A program made the position numbers and the translations under genes. Below are positions 27,075 to 36,561 of a DNA stretch of 64,000 nucleotides, piece after piece. Source of the stretch: an uncultured Anaerolineaceae bacterium (GTDB lineage Bacteria > Chloroflexota > Anaerolineae > Anaerolineales > UBA4823); contig CAZJMV010000212.1 in assembly GCA_964547225.1 (NCBI GenBank), positions 146,067-210,066 of the forward strand, in the 5' to 3' direction. Within the stretch, counting starts at the first letter, position 1, and each line of letters begins with the position of its first letter. The notes under the pieces were generated by a model. The model was not told where the DNA came from and did not search any database. It saw only the letters and a list, made by a program, of their open reading frames with translations.

Positions 27075-28271
27075 TTACGGCATATTTTCAAAAATACCTG
27101 CTGCGCCCATGCCGCCACCAATACACATGGTGACCATACCCCAATGCACATCACGGCGCTTCATTTCATAGATCATCTGAGTGGTTAATTTTGCGCCTGT
27201 GCAGCCGAGGGGATGTCCAAGTGCGATAGCGCCTCCATTCACATTGGTGATATCAGTGTTGAGACCAAGCTCTCGAATGACTGCTAAGGATTGGGAAGCG
27301 AAAGCCTCATTGAGTTCAATTAGACCGATATCATCCAGTGAGAGACCAGCGATTTTCAACACTTTTGGCACAGCAACCGTCGGTCCAACACCCATGATCT
27401 CCGGTGGGACTCCACCAACAGCAAATGCATGAAAGCGAACTAACGGTTTTAGCCCTAAAGCATCTGCCTTTGCGCGCGACATGATTACTACGCCAGCCGC
27501 TCCATCAGACATTTGCGAGGAATTTGCAGCCGTAACGCTGCCACCTTCCTTAAAAGCAGGTTTTAATCGCGCCATTGCCTCTATGGTAGTATCTCCACGT
27601 GGACCTTCATCACGTTTGAAAACAAATTCCTTGGTGCGGATCTCGCCATCAACTTCTTCAACGATTTTGACATCAAGAGGAACAATTTGTTCATCAAATA
27701 TTCCATTTGTGACTGCAGCATAGGCACGTTGATTGCTCTGTAAAGCAAAGGCATCTTGATCTTCTCGTGAAACGCCATACTTCTCCGCAACATTCTCCGC
27801 TGTTAATCCCATATTGGTATAAGCTTCCGGATGATAGGTCGCTTGAGAAAGATGCGGTGAGAATTTGAAACCGACCATAGGCACCATAGTCATCGACTCG
27901 ACACCGCCTGCAATGGCAATATCCATTTGACCAGCCATGATAGCAAAGGCAGCGTGAGCAATACTCTGCAATCCTGAAGAACAAAAACGATTGACCGTCT
28001 CTGCAGGCACCGAAACAGGTAAACCAGCTTGTAAAGAAACAAAACGAGCCATATTCATGCCCTGCTGACCTTCAGGGAAAGCACATCCAAGGATAAAATC
28101 ATCGATATCCTCCGGCTTCACTGCAGGGGCACGGCGTAACAATTCATGGATAACTTGCACCGCCATTTCATCTGGGCGGTAAGTAGCCAAGCTTCCACGC
28201 TTGGCTTTTCCAACTGCTGTTCTTGCAGCAGCAACTATTACAGGTTCACGGGTTGGATCAGAAGGGTTCAT
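27075..28271 (-). CDS. fadA: Acetyl-CoA C-acyltransferase (thiolase)
   Basis: Active-site Cys region [13 protein letters not shown]-terminal [18 protein letters not shown] and CIGGGMG. Confidence 0.9.
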   Translation of the reverse strand: MNPSDPTREPVIVAAARTAVGKAKRGSLATYRPDEMAVQVIHELLRRAPAVKPEDIDDFILGCAFPEGQQGMNMARFVSLQAGLPVSVPAETVNRFCSSGLQSIAHAAFAIMAGQMDIAIAGGVESMTMVPMVGFKFSPHLSQATYHPEAYTNMGLTAENVAEKYGVSREDQDAFALQSNQRAYAAVTNGIFDEQIVPLDVKIVEEVDGEIRTKEFVFKRDEGPRGDTTIEAMARLKPAFKEGGSVTAANSSQMSDGAAGVVIMSRAKADALGLKPLVRFHAFAVGGVPPEIMGVGPTVAVPKVLKIAGLSLDDIGLIELNEAFASQSLAVIRELGLNTDITNVNGGAIALGHPLGCTGAKLTTQMIYEMKRRDVHWGMVTMCIGGGMGAAGIFENMP

Positions 28272-28298
28272 TAGCTTACTCCTACTCTTCTAACTAAT

Positions 28299-30722
28299 TT
28301 AATTACGTAATACCTTACCGGTATTTAGTAAGTTCCACATACGTTCGCGCGTCTTCTCTTCACCACAAAGAGACAAGAAGGCTTCCACTTCAAGGTCAAG
28401 GATATAATTTTCCGAAACCCATGCTGGAGCAGAAATCTCACCACCACACAGTACATTTGCCAGCTTGCCAGCTATATGTGCTTCATATTCAGTGATATAG
28501 CCTCCTTCACGCATCATATGAATACCAATTCGCATAGCAGCGAGACCATCTCGTCCTGCGGCAAATATCTTTTCAGGAATAGGTGAATGATATCCAGTGT
28601 TAGCAAGGTGGAGAACTTCTTTTTTAGCTTCAGTAAGCAAAAGCGAACGATTCATCACAACGCGATCCGCCGGGCTCAAGATACCAAACTGGCGCGCTTC
28701 TTCCGCGCTGGTAGCTACTTTACCGAGACCAATCTGTTCAAAAAGGCGCTGTAAAAATGGTAAGTATTCAGCATCCTTCGTACGCATCGGTGGATTGATC
28801 ACACGGCGCATCAGTTCTTTGGTACCACTGCCAGCGGGAATGACACCTGCTCCAACTTCGACCAGTCCTGCATATAATTCAGCCCCAGCAACTACTCTAC
28901 TTGCATTCATAACGACTTCAGAGCCACCACCTAAAGCCAATCCCACTGGAGCAACCACGACTGGCTTAGGCGAATAGCGCACTTGAGTCAACAATCGCTG
29001 CATTTTGCGGACAATTCCTTCAAGTTGTTCCCATTCACCGCTCTGAGCTGCCATAACTACCAAGAATAGATTCGCGCCAGCGCTGAAATTATCAGCATCA
29101 TTACCGATGACAAGTCCATCAAAATCAGTTTCCAAGCGCGCGAGCGCTTTTTCAATCATATCAAAGATATCCAGGTCAAGCGCGTTCATCTTGGTATGGA
29201 ATTCAACACAGGCTACACCATCATCAAGATCGATTAGCGTTGCACCAGCATTTTTCTCAACCACTTTACCAGCAGCTTTTTGCTCTGAGAGAACGACTAG
29301 CGAAGGAGGTCGTGGAATAGGCTCATAATCTCCTTTCGCAGGATTATAAACAGCAACCTTGCTCCCAGCTTGATATTGATAAAAGCTTGCATGACCACTA
29401 GAGACCATTTTATCAACCCACTCCGCAGGTTCAAAACCCGCTTCTTTAATCATCGGGAGTGTCTCTGCCACTCCGATCATATCCCAGGTTTCAAATGGTC
29501 CAGCCTGGCGACCAAATCCCCATCGCATAGCATCATCAATCGGTTTGGGTGTATCCGCAATCTCTGGGATTCGTTCAGATGCATATACTAAACTCTGAAA
29601 GGTGATCATCTTGACCAATTCAGCAGCACGATCTTCTGCAGAAAGGAAAACCTTCAATTTATCCCCGAGATTTGTTTTTTCTTTGGTCTTACCAACCGAA
29701 TCAAAACGCGGTTTCTCTGCTGGCGCATATTCCAGAGTCTCTAGGTTAAGCACCAAGAACTCCTTCTTCCCTTCAGCGTTACGGGTGACTTTATAGAAAC
29801 CTTCTTTCACTTTCGTGCCCAAAGAACCGCGCTCCACAAGCGTTTTTATTAAACGATTGACGGGTTCGGACTTCAAGTATTTTAAGGCGTGTTTGTCATG
29901 CGGGATAGCAGGCGCCAGATTGCTACCCACATGATCCCATACATCAATACCCACCAAATCAATCAAACGGAATGTAGCCGTCTTGGGATTTCCGATGGGT
30001 GGTCCAGTAATTGCATCCACCTCTTCTACTGTATAACCCTTCTCAAGGATATAATCCATAGCGAAAGCGCCACTTCCAAATGCCAGACGGTTGGCGATAA
30101 AATTAGGCGTATCCTTTGCTGGGACGATCCCTTTTCCAAGACGCACCTCAGAAAATTGAGTTATAAAATCATATACATCTGGAAGAGTATCATCTGTGGG
30201 AATCACTTCTAACAGCTTAAGATAACGTGGTGGATTAAAGAAATGGGTTCCCAGGAAATGTTGCTTAAAGCCCTCCGATAACCCTTCGGATATTGAAGCA
30301 ACCGGTATGCCAGAAGTATTGGTGCTAACGATTGCATAGGGTTGTCGAACCTCATCAATGCGCTTCATTAACTTCTGTTTAATTCCCAGATTTTCTACAA
30401 TGACCTCGATAATCCAATCCGCTTCTGCTAAAGCATCAAAGTCATCTTCCAAGTTTCCCACAGATACCAAGGCAGCGTGTTCCTGGGTAAAAAAACTTGC
30501 TGGTCTAGATTTGAGAGCTCGGTCGAAACCTTCTTGGACAATTCTGTTCCGAACAACCTTATCTGAAAGCGTGAGCCCTTTAGCTTCTTCTTTGGGTGTC
30601 AGCTCTCGTGGAACGATATCCAGTAGCGTCACAGGTACTCCAGCATTTGCAAAGTGGGCTGCTATGCCACCTCCCATTGTGCCAGCGCCAATGACAACAA
30701 CTTTATAGATTTTGTATTTCAT
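28299..30722 (-). CDS. fadN: Bifunctional 3-hydroxyacyl-CoA dehydrogenase / enoyl-CoA hydratase (FadN-type order)
   Basis: N-terminal NAD fold VIGAGTMGGGIA. C-terminal crotonase region (FSAGANL). Start moved to the ATG at 30722 (GGAGG RBS). Confidence 0.9.
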   Translation of the reverse strand: MKYKIYKVVVIGAGTMGGGIAAHFANAGVPVTLLDIVPRELTPKEEAKGLTLSDKVVRNRIVQEGFDRALKSRPASFFTQEHAALVSVGNLEDDFDALAEADWIIEVIVENLGIKQKLMKRIDEVRQPYAIVSTNTSGIPVASISEGLSEGFKQHFLGTHFFNPPRYLKLLEVIPTDDTLPDVYDFITQFSEVRLGKGIVPAKDTPNFIANRLAFGSGAFAMDYILEKGYTVEEVDAITGPPIGNPKTATFRLIDLVGIDVWDHVGSNLAPAIPHDKHALKYLKSEPVNRLIKTLVERGSLGTKVKEGFYKVTRNAEGKKEFLVLNLETLEYAPAEKPRFDSVGKTKEKTNLGDKLKVFLSAEDRAAELVKMITFQSLVYASERIPEIADTPKPIDDAMRWGFGRQAGPFETWDMIGVAETLPMIKEAGFEPAEWVDKMVSSGHASFYQYQAGSKVAVYNPAKGDYEPIPRPPSLVVLSEQKAAGKVVEKNAGATLIDLDDGVACVEFHTKMNALDLDIFDMIEKALARLETDFDGLVIGNDADNFSAGANLFLVVMAAQSGEWEQLEGIVRKMQRLLTQVRYSPKPVVVAPVGLALGGGSEVVMNASRVVAGAELYAGLVEVGAGVIPAGSGTKELMRRVINPPMRTKDAEYLPFLQRLFEQIGLGKVATSAEEARQFGILSPADRVVMNRSLLLTEAKKEVLHLANTGYHSPIPEKIFAAGRDGLAAMRIGIHMMREGGYITEYEAHIAGKLANVLCGGEISAPAWVSENYILDLEVEAFLSLCGEEKTRERMWNLLNTGKVLRN

Positions 30723-30934
30723 GTCGCCTCCATTCGAATAACATATACATTTCGATCCACGGAACGGTTTTGTTCCCAACTGGATCGAGAAATTTCACGA
30801 AATGCTCACTGCTAAATCGTGATGGAAATTTTTTCTAAGTTTAGATATAACGGGGACTGAATCAGAGATCAGATACCCGTAGCATACTTCTTCTGTACTA
30901 CGGGTTCTTGATATCAAGTTGATTAAGAAACGAA

Positions 30935-31864
30935 TTATTCGGGCTGATACACAGCGAAATTATCAAAAAGAATGCTTACTTCTTTATCTGTGCGATTTCC
31001 TACAACCAGACCAACCCTACCAGCAGTAAACTCATTATCAAAGACCTCTAACATCTTTTCATCATTGATATACAATGTTAGTTTGTCCTTAATGCACTCT
31101 GCTCTGATTTGATTAGGAATAAAAGCATTATAAATAATATTCTCTGTATCAACACCTTCTCCAATAAATTGAAGTTGACTTAATACCTTCTTGCCAATTC
31201 CATACCAGCCATCGCTACCAACCGCAAGAATGTAGTAATTGCCTCCGTTCATAAAACGGCAAATCACACCATAGTAACTATCGTTAGAACCTGCAGTCAC
31301 TAAACCATCAACGTCTAGTCGTACGTTGGCATAAGCATCGCTACGAACAGAGAAAACCAAATCGTTCTTAAGTCTCGATTTGATCGTATATCCTCCAGGG
31401 GAGAACATAAGATCAAATGATTCCTTATTTTCAACAGGCCATCCAACGCGTTGCCGGAAATCATCCTCAAATGCCAAAATATAATTCGGTTGAATCAGAG
31501 CTGTAGGGGTGAATTCATCTATGGGTAGAGATGTCTCTGTTGGTAGTTCCATTTCCAAAACCTCGGTTTCTGTGGGAGATGGAGTTGAGGTTGGCGGCAT
31601 TGTCTCTGTTGGTAATGGTGTACTACTAGGCGGTATGACTTCCTGGGTCGCAGTTGCTGGAGATTTTTCAACCTCATCAGATGTTGGCGAAGCTTTTGGG
31701 GCATTCTCCGTTAAAGCGGCTACAATCGTTTCCGCAGCTTGCGTATAAGAAATATCATTTGGAGCTTCTGTGGGTTCATCTCCTATAATACTTTGACAAG
31801 CAGTTAGCATGACCACCAGAATTATCGTCAAAATTCTGGATATTTTTCGATAGTTATCACTCAT
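30935..31864 (-). CDS. Lipoprotein with a Pro/Thr/Ser linker and a concanavalin/LamG-like C-terminal domain
   Basis: Start moved to the ATG at 31864 (AAGGAGAGG RBS). Lipobox-like VMLTAC. PTSTPSPTET-type linker. C-terminal ...GRVGLVVGN...FDNFAVY pattern. Confidence 0.6.
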   Translation of the reverse strand: MSDNYRKISRILTIILVVMLTACQSIIGDEPTEAPNDISYTQAAETIVAALTENAPKASPTSDEVEKSPATATQEVIPPSSTPLPTETMPPTSTPSPTETEVLEMELPTETSLPIDEFTPTALIQPNYILAFEDDFRQRVGWPVENKESFDLMFSPGGYTIKSRLKNDLVFSVRSDAYANVRLDVDGLVTAGSNDSYYGVICRFMNGGNYYILAVGSDGWYGIGKKVLSQLQFIGEGVDTENIIYNAFIPNQIRAECIKDKLTLYINDEKMLEVFDNEFTAGRVGLVVGNRTDKEVSILFDNFAVYQPE

Positions 31865-32290
31865 CAGATCCTCTCCTTTATTTCGTTGCTCCGTAAATGC
31901 ATGTTTCAATAATATTCCCTCATGCGAGGTTCCAATCATTCTTCCAATTCAACTTCATGTTTATCAATTCAAAAAACCTCTCACAGAGATCTTAACTAAT
32001 TTATTAATCAACGATGTTCAAACAGAATAGTATTCTGTAGATGAAAATAAGTATAACATTAACAATGGTTCTTTTCCTTAATCAATTGGAATCTAGCAAC
32101 CATATCCTTAATTACGCAGTACACGTATTACGCTGAAGGATCAATGAGCAAATCATATAGAACGATCGATCATTTCTTCGTATCGCAGTACACGTCTTGC
32201 CCGTAATATCCTAAGTTGTTAAGGTGCAATTTTTGAGCCAGAAATCATTCGTAATATATCACAAAGGCTTAATAATCCATGTGATGTTCA

Positions 32291-33547
32291 TTATCGTAAT
32301 TCACTACCACGATATCCCAGAATATTACGTGCTACAATCAGGCGATTGATCTGCCCAGTACCTTCATAGATATCCGTAATTTTTGCATCTCGGAACCATT
32401 TTTCAAGCAAATGCTCGCGACTATAACCGATCGGTCCCATCAATTCGACTGCTCTCTGAGTGATTTTACTAACCACATCTCCAGCGCGTACTTTTGACAT
32501 GGAAGCTTCCAATGGATTTGATTTTCGATTGTCCGCCATCCATACCGCTTTGACAATTAATAACCACGCAGAACGAAGCATGATTTCCATATCAATAACT
32601 TCTTTTTCAATATGACTAAGCTTCTGGCGTGGAAGACCATATCGGATGGTGACACCCTGTTCCTCAAGTAACTCTTTGAGCAGTTCAAGCGCTGCGCGTG
32701 CAACACCAATACCTGTCGCGGCAACCAAAGGTCGTGTAGCATCGAAAGTTGCCATAGCGCCTTTGAATCCCTTGGTAGTTTTTTCTGTGATTACTTCAGG
32801 ACTGCCCAAGATATGATCATAGGGAACTCGAGCATTTTGCAGAACAATCGAGGCAGTATCGCTGGCGCGAATGCCCATCTTGTGCTCCAATTTGGTAACA
32901 GAAACACCAGGAGTATTCGCTTCAACCACAAATGAGCGCATCCCTGCCCGCCCTGCTTTAGGGTCGATCGTCGCCCAAACAACTACAAATCCATCACTTT
33001 CTTCCAATGATTTATGTCCAGCGGTTACGAATATCTTTTCACCATTTAGAACCCATTCATTGGTATCTTTATCTAGTACTGCCGTAGCTCGAATAGCTGA
33101 AGTATCTGAACCAGCTTGAGGTTCAGTCATCGCCATCGCGCCAAATGTGGGTTTTTCTGTCGCAAAACGAGATAAGAATTTTTCCTTTTGTTCGGGAGTG
33201 CCTGATGCATCAACAGCCGCAGCCCCCAATCCACCTCCTGGTGTCACTAAATAAAGACCAACATCCCCCCATGAAAGGGTCTCGAGCATAAAGGCTAAGG
33301 ATTGGTAACCTATCGGCGGATGTTTCTTTTTTTCATCTTCACCTTCTTTCTTCTTACTTTTCTTGGGTGACAAAGAACCAGCACCGGTAGCGCGCATAGC
33401 CATGTGCATAAAGTTTATATAATCCCAGGGGATTTCATGTTCAAATTCATCAAAATGCCGCGAGACAGTGCGCATCATATTCTCTGCTACCGTATGCAAT
33501 GCCACACTTTGTTCAGCAATTGGTTTCGGGGTTTCAAATTCAATCAT
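32291..33547 (-). CDS. Acyl-CoA dehydrogenase, catalytic-type subunit
   Basis: ACAD fold motifs (MTEPQAGSD). Catalytic-base context ITDIYEGTGQINRLIVAR retained. Lys/Glu-rich insertion near the N-terminus. Confidence 0.85.
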   Translation of the reverse strand: MIEFETPKPIAEQSVALHTVAENMMRTVSRHFDEFEHEIPWDYINFMHMAMRATGAGSLSPKKSKKKEGEDEKKKHPPIGYQSLAFMLETLSWGDVGLYLVTPGGGLGAAAVDASGTPEQKEKFLSRFATEKPTFGAMAMTEPQAGSDTSAIRATAVLDKDTNEWVLNGEKIFVTAGHKSLEESDGFVVVWATIDPKAGRAGMRSFVVEANTPGVSVTKLEHKMGIRASDTASIVLQNARVPYDHILGSPEVITEKTTKGFKGAMATFDATRPLVAATGIGVARAALELLKELLEEQGVTIRYGLPRQKLSHIEKEVIDMEIMLRSAWLLIVKAVWMADNRKSNPLEASMSKVRAGDVVSKITQRAVELMGPIGYSREHLLEKWFRDAKITDIYEGTGQINRLIVARNILGYRGSELR

Positions 33548-33588
33548 TATTATTTCTCCTAACTAGAAACGGTCATTAAACAAAGTGG

Positions 33589-34683
33589 TTAGATAATTGT
33601 TAAACCATTGAACATCGCAATTCCGCGACCATTCCTCATCCACAATTCAACTGGATGTTCACGAATATAGCCATGTCCACCTAAGATCTGAACAGCGCGA
33701 TCTGTTACCATCATCGCCATGTCAGTTGCACCAGTCAGCGCGAAATAAGCTTGTCGGCTCGCATCTTCCTTACCATTGTCCATCATCCAAGCAGCCTCCC
33801 ATGTAAGCAACCGAATTGCTTCAACCTCCGTTGCCATTTCCGCCATCATAAATGCAATCGCTTGCTTTTGAGCAACCTTAACCCCAAAGACATCACGATC
33901 TTTAGCATATTCGATAGCATAATCCAATGAAGCTCTCGATAATCCAATTGCCATAGCTGCTAGCGCCACACGGGATGAATCAAGTATAGGAGCAAAATCA
34001 TGTCCATCCACGCCACCCAATCGGTTCTCCTTAGGAACATGAACATCGTTTAGGGTCACTTTATATAGCGGGAAAGCATCAATCCCCATTAACTTCTCAC
34101 GTTTACCAACCTCTAAGCCAGGTGCATCTTTAGAAATTATGAAACCTTGTGTTTGGTCCCCTAGCTTGGCGTAAACGATCATTGCTTCTGCCTGATCAGC
34201 GAAGGGTACATATGATTTCTCGCCCTTGATGATATAGCTATCGCCTTCTTCTTTGGCTACTGTCTGAAGATCATTAGGATCAAAGTTAAAAGATGGTTCA
34301 ATAAGGGCAGCTGTGAATGGTCTCCACTCTGACTCAACGATATTGGGTAGGTAGGCTTGTCTCTGTTCATCACTTCCCATAATTGCGATCGGAGTAAAAA
34401 AGAGTCCAGGGGACATGACTGCAAAAGCGCCTGCTAAATCACCATATGCCATCTCTTCTGCTGCAAGAACCCCAGTAACTAATGATCGTTCACCAAAACC
34501 TCCAAAATCTTCGGGGATTGAAGCTTGTAAATAACCTAATTCCCAACCTTTCTCAATTAGATCGACAGAAAATCCAGCCTCTTCATCTGCGTCATGGGCT
34601 TTCGCTCGCAAATCATTGATCGCATAACGATGGATTGAATCAACGAGCATCTTTTGTTCTTCGGATGGCTCGAAAGAATACAT
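33589..34683 (-). CDS. Acyl-CoA dehydrogenase family protein lacking the YEGT catalytic glutamate (probable non-catalytic partner subunit)
   Basis: ACAD-like throughout. The C-terminus reads IAMFNGLTII* where IYEGT is expected, and the terminal helix is absent. Confidence 0.8.
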   Translation of the reverse strand: MYSFEPSEEQKMLVDSIHRYAINDLRAKAHDADEEAGFSVDLIEKGWELGYLQASIPEDFGGFGERSLVTGVLAAEEMAYGDLAGAFAVMSPGLFFTPIAIMGSDEQRQAYLPNIVESEWRPFTAALIEPSFNFDPNDLQTVAKEEGDSYIIKGEKSYVPFADQAEAMIVYAKLGDQTQGFIISKDAPGLEVGKREKLMGIDAFPLYKVTLNDVHVPKENRLGGVDGHDFAPILDSSRVALAAMAIGLSRASLDYAIEYAKDRDVFGVKVAQKQAIAFMMAEMATEVEAIRLLTWEAAWMMDNGKEDASRQAYFALTGATDMAMMVTDRAVQILGGHGYIREHPVELWMRNGRGIAMFNGLTII

Positions 34684-34966
34684 ATTCTATTCTCCTTCCA
34701 TGTTTTTCGACATTATCGAAAAACCTGTTCACATATTCTGATCTACGAGTGACAAATACGACTTCCGGAATTTATATTTTTCCGAAGTAATGTCACCCTA
34801 AAAAATCCTGATGCGTAATTATTCTTACCAGATATTCATCCAGCACATAATTCATCAATGCATCTACCATTTATAAACAAGTTAAAGGTCTAGATAAATC
34901 TAATTCTCAATCACCTCCTTGTATCTAAAACAAATAAAAACCTCTTTTCTCAATCCTACAATAAAT

Positions 34967-35536
34967 CTAAATCAACCTAACCAACAGACCATCCAAAAAG
35001 AGATCGGCTAATCGTTCTGAAATCATTTCTGGAGAGAGCACTCCTTCCGGTCTATACCATGTAATCGTCCAATTCAAAACACCCAACAAGGCGCGAGAAG
35101 TAAAAGCGCTATCCAAACTGGAAAATGTATGATCCGCCACGCCCTCCTCAATCAGGTCTCGCCATAGACGTTCAAAGCGATCCCTGCGAGGTATATGGCG
35201 TGCTTGATATTCTGGTTCGAGCGAGCGATGTTCCAGTAATAACACAACAGCCAAATCGCGTCGATCAAGCATGAAATCTAAGTAAGCGTTTATAGCCATG
35301 CGAAGTTTTTGCTCTGATGGTAATGATAATTCATAGACCGTTTGCACAAGATCAATCAAGTTATCCAGAGCTTGATCTAGAAGCTCAACCAATATCTCTT
35401 GTTTGCTAGAAATATGGTGGTAAAGACTGGCTTTTTGAAGATTTACGGCTTGAGCAATATCCTGCATTGAAGTGGCATGAAAACCCTTCTGACTAATAAT
35501 TAGTGCAGCTGCTTCTAGTATCTCACTTCGCGTCAT
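34967..35536 (-). CDS. TetR/AcrR family transcriptional regulator (FadR-like by context)
   Basis: HTH GFHATSMQDIAQAVNLQKASLYHHISSKQEIL. Start moved to the ATG at 35536. Confidence 0.85.
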   Translation of the reverse strand: MTRSEILEAAALIISQKGFHATSMQDIAQAVNLQKASLYHHISSKQEILVELLDQALDNLIDLVQTVYELSLPSEQKLRMAINAYLDFMLDRRDLAVVLLLEHRSLEPEYQARHIPRRDRFERLWRDLIEEGVADHTFSSLDSAFTSRALLGVLNWTITWYRPEGVLSPEMISERLADLFLDGLLVRLI

Positions 35537-35552
35537 TGTTTTATACAAAACC

Positions 35553-35570
35553 CTACCGAACGTTCGGTAG
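35553..35570. promoter_or_regulatory. Perfect 18-bp palindrome CTACCGAACGTTCGGTAG, candidate TetR operator
   Basis: Self-complementary. Lies 17 nt upstream of the TetR start codon. Confidence 0.6.
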
Positions 35571-35718
35571 CTATAGCATAGCAAATATTTGGATGAATGT
35601 CAAGCTATATTTACAAATGCACAATTTGATTCACTAATAAAAATCGCTTTGAATTAAGCATTCCTAAGCTTTTATTGAAGCGATAAAATGATTGCATTAG
35701 AATGGTTAATAAATCGTT

Positions 35719-36513
35719 ATGGTAATTAAAGGTTCAAAAATTATTGTGCATAAAGAAAATTCTCGGATCGTTTTACTCTTAATAATCCTGTTTCTCCCAC
35801 TAATTACACAATGTGGTACAGAGCCTGAATTTCGGATTTTGTTCATAGGCAATAGCTACACCTACTACAACAATCTCCCGCACACCTTTCAGTCTTTAGC
35901 AAAATCTGGTGGACACCTGGTCAAAACCAGTATGATTGCTAAAGGTGGCTATACATTAAAAAGACATAGCAAAGATTCATCAGTTTTAGATGAAATCAAG
36001 AATGGGAACTGGGATTATGTGATCCTCCAAGAACAAAGTGTGGTACCCAGCGTGGATTACCAATTTGAGGACTATATGCTGCCAGCAGTTTCTCTATTTG
36101 AAAAAACAATTCGCGCAAGCAATGCAGAACCAGTATTATTTATGACCTGGGGACGTGAAAAAGGCATCGAGAAATATAATCACAATAATTTTCAAGATAT
36201 GCAAGAAAAACTTTATACTGCCTATATGAACGTGTCAAATGAGTTCAAGATATCGGTAGCGCCAGTAGGGATAGCATGGCAACAAGTTTTTGAGAAACAT
36301 CCTGAAATTAGATTATGGCGTGAAGATGGTAGTCATCCAAGTCGAACAGGTTCTTATCTGGCAGCATGCGTTTTTTATTGTCTCATCTTTCAAGAGAGTC
36401 CCGAGGGGTTAAATAAGCCGATGGGGGTCTCACCAGAGATTGCCTATATCTTACAGCAAGTCGCAGCTGAAATTACGCTTGGTCAAATCGAACAATGGCA
36501 GATTGATAATTAA
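35719..36513 (+). CDS. SGNH/GDSL-like hydrolase family protein
   Basis: Block I-like ILFIGNSYTY, signal/anchor helix, C-terminal DGSHPS block. Confidence 0.55.
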   Translation: MVIKGSKIIVHKENSRIVLLLIILFLPLITQCGTEPEFRILFIGNSYTYYNNLPHTFQSLAKSGGHLVKTSMIAKGGYTLKRHSKDSSVLDEIKNGNWDYVILQEQSVVPSVDYQFEDYMLPAVSLFEKTIRASNAEPVLFMTWGREKGIEKYNHNNFQDMQEKLYTAYMNVSNEFKISVAPVGIAWQQVFEKHPEIRLWREDGSHPSRTGSYLAACVFYCLIFQESPEGLNKPMGVSPEIAYILQQVAAEITLGQIEQWQIDN

Positions 36514-36561
36514 AAAAAGTGCATTCGGAAAAATTGGATTGATCAAGTAAAATAGAGGGTC

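Noticed and set aside
28597-30708. Series of + strand ORFs (64-126 aa) antisense to fadN. Similar sets lie antisense to typA, thiolase, XDH, mutL and fhs.
   Set aside because: Ser/Ala/Thr/Pro/Arg-rich translations typical of antisense frames of strongly conserved genes. The opposite-strand genes have unambiguous catalytic motifs.
31540-31700. Repetitive Pro/Thr/Ser-coding DNA suggestive of a tandem repeat
   Set aside because: It is the inter-domain linker (PSSTPLPTET / PPTSTPSPTET) of the lipoprotein. The repeats are imperfect and in frame, so this is not an independent repeat element.
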